64,000 bases of DNA. Source: Phoronis australis (Eukaryota; Animalia; Phoronida). How positions within the stretch are numbered: the first letter of the stretch is position 1; each line of letters opens with the position of its first letter. The notes beneath the pieces are model-generated. The model saw nothing but the letters and a program-made list of their open reading frames with translations, was not told the DNA's origin and did no database searches. This document shows positions 40,101 through 52,100 of this stretch, in pieces. The DNA lies in the NCBI GenBank assembly GCA_002633005.1, contig NMRA01000913.1:1-64000 (forward strand). Reading direction: 5' to 3'. Position numbers and translations under genes: made by a program.

Positions 40101-43100
40101 ATGCCTTTGTATAGTACAAACCCTTGGTGACTAGCAGACACCAAGCCCATAGTACAAACCCTAGGTGACCAAAGTACATTTTCTAGAGACCTACATCCAG
40201 TCTGGGGGTGTAGTCCTAATGAAGATTACCATATTTGCCCTAATAAGTGCCCATGCCCCTATAAGCGTCCCCCACACGTTTTCAGACTTCGCTAAAATAA
40301 GCGCCCAGTCCATGAACGCCGTGTGCATGCGAAAAATGCCTTACCTACAGTTCTAAAATTCTACAATAATGTCTTCAATTTATCAATAATATCCGACAGT
40401 CCTGAAAAAATTATTGTGCATGGATTTACAGACCATGAGCCTTGCCACTATGTCAGTATTTAGCCGTGACTATACACTTCAAACTTCCGCCATGCTTCAA
40501 AAAGAACGCACGCGCGAATCGATGACTAATAACTTGACCTTTGTTCAGTTAAAAGCACGTGGCCAGGAAGAGCGTGCTGCATTCAAGTACCTGTCATTGA
40601 AGATTAGTCTTCAGGAACTATCTATTCATGAAAAGAGTATAGCATTGGCAAGAAATAAATACTGGCACTTATTTCCGAAAGTTTCTAATACCGTAAAAGA
40701 CGTGCATTATTTTCATGGGGGAATTATTAAATAAGTCGTAATTACGTGTTTTTAAAGTCAAAATGACCTACTATAGTGAACACTTCCGCACCCTTACACC
40801 CCCCGAATCTCGCGAAAAATAACTGTTAGACTGTCACGCATCCAGTCACCCGGCGACTCAATGACATCGGCCTTACTGAGACAATTCTGGAACGTTCTTT
40901 AGCAGATGAGATCAGCAAGTGCTAAATAGAACACCGTTTGCTTTACTGCTTGACGTGCTAATTTGAAAGTTACAATATGAACACCTTGATCGTTACATCG
41001 CGTTTACTTTGGCAAATGAAGTCTGATGACATGCACGCGCTCACTCACACAATACGCAGACAAACTTCAAAACAAACATCACGTGACAACAACGTGTGTT
41101 CGTCCAGAGATTTTTTCGTGTTGCGGAGTACGATCTAGTGCAGATTTGGACTTAATTATGCTGTTTATCCCTACTCCACAGGAACTTAAATATCTTAGGG
41201 ATGCTATTTTGAAAACTTTAGGAGGACTTCAGGTAATTTGTTGAATCGAAACTATATTAATTTTTACTTAAGAATTTAAGTTGACCTATGGGTGATCGCA
41301 AGGCAGCGACGCATCAGTCGGGGAGTTTTCGCACTGGGATTTTCTGAATAATACTCGAAATTAAAAAAAAGCTTGATAGCAAGCGCACTGCAATTTTGTA
41401 AAAACTCTATCATAGGTTACAAATGAGTCACAGAGCGTAAATTTGATGAATTCTAGTTTACGATTTCACCTGTTTTGGAAACCGGGTTTCAACAACTGTT
41501 GAGGTATAATAAGCGCCCCCCTTCCTGAAGCGAGTTTTTCTAAGCGCCCTGGGTGCGAATATGGCAAGTTCCTGGTTATGTGGCTTTTTCAGTGGCACAA
41601 TATACTGCAGGTTTGGTGTCTGCTGATCTCATAGTGACTGTTTGATCATTCCTACCCCTACTTCACACGATCAGATTCAGTTATGTATTGTGTTTTAAAG
41701 TTGTTTTATTTTAAGTTGGAAATTCTTCATGTCTTATTTTGTTTAGTCATTATTTGTTTCCTGTTGGCATGCAAATTAGCAGAATTGTTTGAACGCTCTG
41801 TGAAAACAGTGAATGTTAGTATGTTAGTGGTATATTGTGCACTGTGAATCGGCCTGTTGTTTAAGCACCCCTGCCACTCAGTGGTGCATAAATGTGGCCA
41901 CTAATAGGCAAGGGGACTTTATAAATCAGCTAGTAAGTACACTGCTAGTTTTGAACCCTGGCACAAGATGAGACCAATTTATGAAAGTCAGTGAGTCGTG
42001 TATTTCAAAAGGTATTTCTGTTACATCATCCAGAACAAGGCAGCGTGGGCTGAATTCTCTAGGTCGCCACTGTTTACAGTTCCATAATTATCCTATTTCA
42101 GAAATGTAAGTCACTCGTTGCCAGACGATCAAGCCACTCAACGTGGAGATCATGACAGTGAAGAGTTTCCATCTGATGGTGCGTCATTCCCTGCTCTGCC
42201 AGTTGCGGTAAGGTGTAAAATTTTGACTATTGCCATTTATGATCGACATATGTCCCGAATAATAAATAAGTGATACGTGCGTCGCAAGCTCGTTACCAGA
42301 GATGAAAAGGAGACCGAGGTAGGCGATATAAGGTCATTTATTATGACTAGTACAATTACAATAAAATGAATACAGGTAAATAACGTATAATAGGTAATCT
42401 CTGGTAAGATGGGCAATAAAAAGCGCCACAAGAGATGTAAAGACAGCTCATGCCCATCCGCAGGGACGCACAAAGGGAGAGAAATGAAAAGAGATTTGGA
42501 CTTGGGTGTGGAGATAATAACCTGTTGGTCGTCCTGGAGAGTGATGGAGAGGACAGGAGGCAGAGGAGTGAGTCTCAGGGTAGAGCAAATGGTAAAAGTC
42601 TACAAGTTAGTCAGTGCATGATAATCAGATTGCAAACCTTATCGTCCAGATTAAAACCTAACGGTAAAGGGTCATTACCGGAAAGCGGCGGCAAGCTGTG
42701 AGGTGAAGCGGGTGGTAGCGGTCCAGGTCTGGTGGCGGAGACAGCAGCAGGTTGAGGCGCTGGTGCAGGGGCAGTGGTCGATGGAGAAGAGAGCGATGGC
42801 ACAGGAGTGGACGGCAGCAGTAGTGAGGGGTCCGCTCGTAGATGCGTGATGACAGAGGCCACGATGGTGGAGACATCGGGAGACGGCTGAGTACCAGGGG
42901 TGGTGGCTGCGGTCACCGGGGAAGCCGGTGACGGGCGAGCGTACGGCGAGTTGATGGAGCTAGATGATCGGCGAGGCATCTGAAAGAGAAAGAACAGGGA
43001 GAAGACGGACTAGTACGGGCATGGCGGGCCACAGGCAATGGGCCGAAGGGTCAAAGGGACACAGGTCAAAAGTGACAAATAACAAATTAAAAACTAAACT

Positions 43101-46100
43101 GAAACTGAATGGTTATATGAACATGGGGGGGTGACATAAGGTACCTCCGATAGAGGGCACAGAAGGTGTAGAGACATAATATACAAGGAAGGAAGGGTGG
43201 GGGGGGTAGCACACAGTGCTAGTCAGGCACACAGTGCCGAAAAACGCCTGGACACAGAAGGCACAAAGGGATTGGGAGCACAATGCACACAGTGCTAGGC
43301 AGGCAAACGGTGCCGCAAAGCGCCTCTGACAAAGAGGGCACAAGGAGTGGGGGCACAAGTGTACAAGAAAACAAGGGGGGGAGAGCAAATGAAACAGGAC
43401 ATGAAGGGGATCGAACGCAAGAGTAAAGTGTGCCGGGGGAGACTGGGCAAAATGGCCCGGCCGGACGTAGTACGAACCAAGACAAGCACAATGAATAGGC
43501 ATAGTGAGAACATGAAAAAAGAACTTACCCTGAGGGGCTTGATGGTGCAGGAGAAAGGAAGCGGGAAAGTTGAACAGGAAGGCGAAAGTGAGTAAGTTGT
43601 AGACGTAAAATTAAATTTGAATGAGTTTTGACGTACGACAATGTGGCCGGAACGAAGTGAATTGAAAGCGAGGTTACAATAACAAAGACAAACGCCCCTA
43701 AAGACACGTGACAATCATCAGCCTATAAGAGCCAAGAGCTGACCAAACTCGAGGCACGTGATAACAGCGGATCCAGGATTTTGAGTTAGCCCAGGGCCGG
43801 GGCACAGGAATAACCAAAACTTCGGCAGATGTGCCCGGCCAGCCTAAAGCATGGGGATGCAGGAGTCTCGAATTTTTGAGGTTGCGGACCTGTTGACAAA
43901 AAAAACTGGTAAACCGGGTTTGTTCAGGCCTATGCATTGTTTATTCGCCCACGAGCCCCCCTGGTTGCGTGCGTGTGCTTATAGTCAGCAATTCGCACCG
44001 AACTCCCAAATGGTATCTGTTAAAATTTTAGGGGGGGGCATGGCCCCCTTGCCCCCCCCCAAATCCGCCACTGTAGCTGTATTTTGACAATAGTGTTCAT
44101 ACAGGTAGCTGGCTGGCTGGCTGGCTACGCAAGACGATACGTCATCCAACAGAGTAACTACATTTAATAGAAATATTGCATGCATTTCACTCGCGGTGAG
44201 CACATGGACCTGTCTTTTGCCTAAGTTCCTTTTTCTTCGTTTCGGACTAGTTTACAAATTCCTTTCTCCATGCACTGACTGTGACATTTTGTATACAGAC
44301 TAATCGCAACGGTTAGCATCTGATTTGGCAGGAGCACACTGTGTCAATGTTTTTTACTGCACCACTGGAAAATGATAGAATGTTCCGAAAATTCACTCGC
44401 CACCTGGGCGACCGGCAAGTGCACTTCTACTCGCTTAGTACTATTTTACTCGCATTGGCGACTGGGCGAGTGGCTAAGTATATCCCTGCTGATTGTTGCA
44501 GTTTTGACAACATTGACCCTCAGTATACTTGTATGTAATACAGAGTATTATTGTCACAATGAGGAAAAGTGGTTGTATGTAGTAAGTAAAAGGTAACTGG
44601 GACTACCGCTGTTATTTCATTTCCGGCGGTGTTTTGACAAACATGATTGAAGAAAGTGACATTATATGATATTTTTTCAAAAATTTGAAACAAAAAATGT
44701 TGTGTTATGCAAAACTATAACTTTGCAATAGTACACTGAATACAGAACAGCCATAAACTTCGTCAAAAAAGAGGCCGGACTCCGATAACCGAGTAAAATA
44801 TGTAATTCCAAAGTAATAAACTGGATCAGACATGACATAAGAATGGCCGATCACAAATTAAGAACAATCCTATGAAGGAAATTCTTCGCTGCACCCTTTG
44901 TCCTGTCTGTTCGACTACTACTTCAGTTTGGCAGTACCAACATGACGTTCATTTGACGACTAACTTGTCTGCTTGTTAGAATTGACATGTTCGGTCGCTA
45001 AATAACCTGTCTGTTTGTCAAAATTTAACTAAATAATCTGTCTGTTTGCCAAAACTGAACTAAATAACCTGTCTGTTTGAAAACTTGTTCGTTCGACAGT
45101 GTTTATTTATGATCGACATATGTCCCGGATAATAGATAAATGATACCTGCGTCGCAAGCTCGTTACCAGAGATGAAAAGGAGACTGATGTAGGCGATATA
45201 AGGTCGTCTAGTACAATTACAATAAAATGAATACAGGTAAATAACGTATAATAGGTAATCTCTGGTAAGATGGGCAATAAAAAGCGTCAGCCACGTGGAA
45301 GTACGAGAGAATGACGAAAACTGGGAGAAGAGGGTGGGAAAATTGAATGAGTTTTTGATGTACGACAATGTGGCCGGAACAAAGTGAATTGAAAGTGAGG
45401 TTACAATAACAAAGAAGAACGCCCCTAAAGACACGTGACAATCATCAGCCTATAAGAGCCAAGAGCTGACCAAACTCGAGGCACGTGATAACAACAGAGC
45501 AATGCTAAGGCTGTGTTTATTTTAATTGAACCTTTTCACTGCCCATACTTTGTGATCTATATTTCCATGCTTAAGTTAAAGATTTACATATTCATAAAGC
45601 ATAATTTATGATAAACTGTTGTTTGGCATGCTCTAGCTGTGGAGAGATGATGATGTTGCCTACAGTTACATGATCATGTGTCTGTTACATTATTGCAGAC
45701 TCAGACGGCATCCATAAGTATTCCAAGCCAGGATCACAGAGTTGAACAGACCAAAGAATGCGCAGAAAGTGGTACGATTCTAACTAATGTGAAGTTTGGT
45801 ACACAGTGTCTGGTTTGCCTCGTACAAACTTGTCTGTTAATGTCTGTTAATTGTGTTGCAAAACTGATATTTTCACAAATCATTGATTGTGGAATTCATG
45901 ATTTATTTTTAGGAATTTAAAGAAAATAAATCAATACTGTCCTCGTACACAATATGTTTTGCATTTTCTAATTTGTTGTTTAAGTTGAAGCTGGTAAAAT
46001 GATGCTAAACACTGGTTTTGTTGATTATAACAATCCTTGTTCTGTCCCCTAAATGTAAACCATTAGTGTCTCACTAGACTGATAAATGCATTCCATCTTA

Positions 46101-49100
46101 ACTAATTGTACCAGTCCTACTCAATGTGTTACAAACTGGATCAGAGTTTGTGGCTATTCGTCTTTTCCTACAGATGTCATGTAAATTGCATATAATTTAA
46201 AGTGTAGTTAATGCTTTCCTGTTTAACAGATTTGTAAAAGGTTTTCAAAATTTGCTCCAGTCAACCAAACTTTTGAGGTTTTTGTGTGCCCACATATTTT
46301 TATGTTTGGGTGCATATTGCTGTCATCTCTGTCTGGGCGTCTGGCGTCCACGGCTGTATTTCCTAAACCCCTTGAAGGATTTTACTGAAATTTGGCAAGT
46401 GTGTTCCTTTGGGCTGACGACAGAGGACGACTAGTTTCGGACCGACCTGAATACCACTGTGCCCTCCAGTGTCAATTTGTTTTTTTTTACATTTGCCTCT
46501 GTATCTTCAGAGTGCCTCGATGGATTTTTATGAAATTCAGCAAACAGGTTTTTAATACGGAAGCGATGTTGCTATTTTTTGTGGATGGATTTGATGCGTT
46601 TTTACGTCACCTTGTGGCCATTTTTGTTATTTTTGCACCCGTTTTCTGGCGTAGTCTGCCTCTCTATCTGCCATACTGCTCAAAGGTTCATTGTGTAAAT
46701 TTACAGATGTGTTGCCGATGAGAAGGCCACGACTGATGTTGACTTTCGGATGGGTCTGGCCACTGTGTGGTAATTTTGTTTTTTGTGGTCTGCGGCTGAA
46801 TCTCGTTAGCCCTTTGAAGGATCATAATGAGATTTTACAAATGTGTTCCTATAAAGCTGACGACAGACGACCGCAAGTTTCGGACCGATTCAGCTACTGC
46901 TCTGTCCCCCAGTGGCAATTATATTTTTTTGTTTTCCTTAGTTTTTATCTTTAGAGTTCCTGAATGGATTTGCATGAAATTTGGGAATAGGTTTCTATTA
47001 AAGAGATCATGATGCTTTCCTGTTTTCGGAAGGATTTGGCGTATTCTGCGCCACCTGGTGGCAAATTATAAAAAATTGGATTTGTTTTTACGCCCACCTT
47101 GTGTGTCTGCTAAATTTCTCAAAGGATCGTTATGAAAATTGGCTTATGCATTTCTGATGAGAACACCACGGCTGACACTGATTTTCGGATATGTTCATGC
47201 TATAGCGATCCCTAGTGGCATTTTTTTGCGTCTACATCTATATCTCCTTAACTCTAGGGATAATTTTGACAATTGGCGTTTATGTTTCTACTGTGAAGGG
47301 GACAGCTGATGATTTTCATACGACTCAAGTGGCAGTTTTTTGCGTCTATGGCTGTATCTCCCAAACCCTTTGCAGGATTTTATTAAATTTGGCAAGTGTA
47401 TTCATACGAAGTTGACAAAGGACAACGACTACATTTGGACGATCGGAATACTGTTGTGCCAGCTCAGTCATGACGGCGAGTTTTGGACGGATGCAACTGC
47501 AGGACGTGTACTCCCTTGAATTTTATTTTTTACATTTTGCACTGTAACTTCACAGTCTCTTGATGGTTCATGAAGTTTATTGTCAAACATTTTTGTATTA
47601 TGAAGTTTATTGTCAAACATTTTTGTATTATGAAGTTTATTGTCAAACATTTTTGTATCATGAAGTTTATTGTCAAACATTTTTGTATTATGAAGTTTAT
47701 TGTCNNNNNNNNNNNNNNNNNNNNNNNNNNNNNNNNNNNNNNNNNNNNNNNNNNNNNNNNNNNNNNNNNNNNNNNNNNNNNNNNNNNNNNNNNNNNNNNN
47801 NNNNNNNNNNNNNNNNNNNNNNNNNNNNNNNNNNNNNNNNNNNNNNNNNNNNNNNNNNNNNNNNNNNNNNNNNNNNNNNNNNNNNNNNNNNNNNNNNNNN
47901 NNNNNNNNNNNNNNNNNNNNNNNNNNNNNNNNNNNNNNNNNNNNNNNNNNNNNNNNNNNNNNNNNNNNNNNNNNNNNNNNNNNNNNNNNNNNNNNNNNNN
48001 NNNNNNNNNNNNNNNNNNNNNNNNNNNNNNNNNNNNNNNNNNNNNNNNNNNNNNNNNNNNNNNNNNNNNNNNNNNNNNNNNNNNNNNNNNNNNNNNNNNN
48101 NNNNNNNNNNNNNNNNNNNNNNNNNNNNNNNNNNNNNNNNNNNNNNNNNNNNNNNNNNNNNNNNNNNNNNNNNNNNNNNNNNNNNNNNNNNNNNNNNNNN
48201 NNNNNNNNNNNNNNNNNNNNNNNNNNNNNNNNNNNNNNNNNNNNNNNNNNNNNNNNNNNNNNNNNNNNNNNNNNNNNNNNNNNNNNNNNNNNNNNNNNNN
48301 NNNNNNNNNNNNNNNNNNNNNNNNNNNNNNNNNNNNNNNNNNNNNNNNNNNNNNNNNNNNNNNNNNNNNNNNNNNNNNNNNNNNNNNNNNNNNNNNNNNN
48401 NNNNNNNNNNNNNNNNNNNNNNNNNNNNNNNNNNNNNNNNNNNNNNNNNNNNNNNNNNNNNNNNNNNNNNNNNNNNNNNNNNNNNNNNNNNNNNNNNNNN
48501 NNNTTTTTAATTCTATGTTTCTGTGGTGCTTTAAGCAACTGGTGTATAGGATGTGCTTGTATTATGAAGATTACTCACATTTTGCCCCTAGCCTATTGAG
48601 GAGACATCATGCCTTTCCATTTTGCTAAGTACAACATACTACATATATGCCCTCTACTGGCCACTTTGTGGTACCAATAAACAACCCTAGAAGGATACCG
48701 TATGCGGTGCAATTGTGGGCGCATTTCAACGCTCTGCGTTGCTCTTGTTTACATTTTGCACTGTAACTTCACAGTCTTTTGATGGTTCATGAAGTTTATT
48801 GTCAAACATTTTTGTATTATGATGGTGGCAACACCTTTCCTTTTTTGTTTTAGGTTCGACGTATTTGAGTAGTGGCCATTTTAATTACTTTTGGTCTTGT
48901 TTTTTTGTCGTCTGCTACTGTTTCTGGCAAACTGTTTGCAGGATCATTATGAAAATTGGCTGATGTGTTTCTACTGACAAGAGCATGAGTGATGCTGATT
49001 TTCAAAGGGGTGCAACTACTGTGGTGCCCCCTAGTGACATTTTTTCACATCTAAAACTGTATGTCCTAAACCCCTTACAAGATGATTTTGAAATTTTGCA

Positions 49101-52100
49101 ATAACTATTCCTGTTAACTTGACATCAAACGGACAGATCCGACTATGGCTGTGGTTCCTAGTGACATTTTTTTGCCCTTGTATCTTTAGAGTTCTTTGAT
49201 GGATTTTCATGAACTTTGACAAATAGTCTGGAGAGATGACACCTTCCCATTTTTGGGTGGGTTCAATATATTCTGTGCCATTTAATGGCCATATAATACA
49301 AATAAACACCCCTAGAAGCAACACCATTTGCGATGCAGTCGTGGGTGCATTTCAATGCTCCGCGTTTCTCTTGTTGTTTAAGAGATCTGGATGGTAAAGT
49401 CATTATTTAAATATCATTCCTTCATTAGGCCACAACCTGGCTTAGTATCCTTTTAACATCATTTTTCGTTTTGTTTCTAGACTTGTCTAACAGAGGGAGT
49501 CTGACCTCTCCTCCACGTCCAGCACTCCCCGTGGCCCAACCTGTACCCTTCACTCAAGTATGCAGTGTGGGTGGGCCTCAACAGGGTCAGTATGTCCACT
49601 TTGTTCCGCCCCAGGGCTACGGACCCCCTATTGCTCATGTCCCCTTCCATCCCTACGTTGCTATACCTGGAATGGACACTTGTCAAGGCATGGTCAACTA
49701 CAGTGCTGCCCCCTCTAGGGACCAAAATGGTGCCGATCTTCCACTTGGTGGTAAGACATGCTGTGTTCATTAAAATAAATTAACTAAAGGTAGTCTGTTT
49801 AACCTTTCAGGGGTCTTTAGTTAAGAGAACTGTTAAGTGAGTGAAAAGGTTTAATACTGTGCAAAGAAATTAAATAGAATGTGCTTTAACTTGATTTGCG
49901 TTGTTTTTACAGATATTGCAACTCTACGATTTTTCTACAATCTTGGAAATGAGGTAAGCCTTGGTGACATAAGATCTGAAAGGTGATTATTTTATCTGTA
50001 TGCACCTGCATATTTATAAGATGTTGCACATTGCCATATTTGTCTGACTCTGGCGTCTGTTTGCCAGTCCTTCTGGCATGACTGCTTGTCCATCTGGCGG
50101 ATGTCCAACTGGCGGATGTCCAACTGGCGGATGTCCATCTGGGTGGCTACCCATAGCAGGACTGATGAGAATGTTCGGAAAGAGAATTCCTATGAACGTG
50201 ACAATGGGAGATGATGACTTTCAGACATGTCCAACTACCACCACACCCCCTCATAGCAACTTTGCCTCTATCTTTTAAGTTCCTTGACGGGTGTTCATGG
50301 GATTTGAAGAAGCCAATATTGGCTTCCTGTTTTCAGATAGTTACAACATACCACGCTGTGGCCATTTTTTCTGTTTTTGAGTCTATTTTTAGCATCCACC
50401 TCTGTCCGGAAAACTGCCAGATGTGCTTCTGCTGAGCTGACTTTAATTTTGGACATCTCAATACTCCGTTCCCCTTTGCATCTGTTACTGTATCTCTTTA
50501 ACCCCTTTGCAAGATCTTTTTGAAATTTGCCAAGTGTATTTCTAAGAACATGACAACAAGTGGTGACGACTTCTGGTCGTGTCCAATTCCCTCTATGCCC
50601 CCTCGTGACAATTTAAGTTTTTTACATTTTTCTCTGTGTCTTCAGATGTCCTTGACACATTTTCATGAAATTTGGCAGCTGAATATTAGATTTTTATTTA
50701 CAAAACAATGACGTCTTCCCATTGCTGCAACTTAGTGGTAATTTTGAATATCTTTGAGGGGTATTTTTGGTATCTACCTGTCGATCACCCAAACTGTTGC
50801 AAAGATCATTGTTTCTACTGAGAATAGTCTGGCCGACAACATATTTTTGGATGAGGCCGAGTACTGCGGTGCCCTTCTTTAACAAATTCATTTTTCCTGT
50901 GGCTCAATATCTTCTACCAAGTTCCTTGATATGTGTTTCTATTGAGGAGTACAACTGATTTGAGGAGAGCACGACCGCCAATGATTTCCTGGTACCATGA
51001 AAACCAGTACTCTCAATATCTAGTATCAAGTTGGATTATCATGAAGCATACGTGTTCTTACGAAGGAGAGCACAGCTGATGTTCATTTTTAGACAAATCT
51101 TATCACTGTTGTTCACCCTTACTACGGCAATTTGGCTTCTCTTTACATATGTCTCAATACTTATTAAGTTCTGTGATGGATCTTCATGAAATTTGACATT
51201 GTTTGTTAAATCTTAATTTCACGTCTGTGGCACCCCCTGGTGGCAAATTGTCATTGCATTTTCCTTATATATCCACAAGTTATTCGATGGATCTTCATGA
51301 AATGTATGAGTGTTGATCTTTTAAATGAAGGAGATGTGAAATGTTTCTTTTTGCTCTTGCACATTCTAATATTGTCATACTTCCATGCAAAAATTGGTGA
51401 CTACATTTGCATAAGTGAATCAACTGTTTGGGTAAGTGCCAATCCCCACTCTGTGTTTTTAAATGCTCGTGTTTGGCTTAACCACGCCCCATTTTTTATT
51501 TCAAGCACCCAGAGCATAGCATTAATCCCAGCTGGATGAGTAGGGGACTTGCTGTGTGTTATCAGATTTGTACTCGTGTGCCAGGTTCCTGGTTTTCAAC
51601 TAGGTCTGTTCATTTTTAAGATTCACAATATCTCATACCTTTAACCACAGGTTATCCTGCTCACCACTGTCCCCAACTATATGGAGCTTCACTGGATCAA
51701 AGTTTAATGCCTTGTACTCTTATTTGCAGTATTACCGCCTCTCTTGCTATCTCCAACAACAACAACAGCAACAACAACAGCATCCTCAGCCACAGTACGT
51801 TCCCTGCTACACTCACCAGGTGGTGTACGAGCAGCTGCCAGAGGGCGCCGACTACAGCACAGCTGGTCAGTCTCCCTCACCAGTGTCTAATGACAACCCA
51901 GCACAGTTCAATAAAATTTGTCCGTCTGGTCAGCAGGCGAGTGTAGACCAACCTGATGCTATTGTGGAATGTTGCCAGCCTGGCCCGAGTGTTAACTGTA
52001 GTGTTAATTGTGGTAGTAGTAGCGGTAGTAGTTACAACAGTGAACTGGGCCAGATAACAGATCACAGCCCAGTTGAACTGTCTTCTATTGAAGACAGTGG

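Noticed and set aside
47468-48628. 300-356 aa ORFs
   Set aside because: Artefacts of N-gaps; also 2331-2751 and 26148-26699
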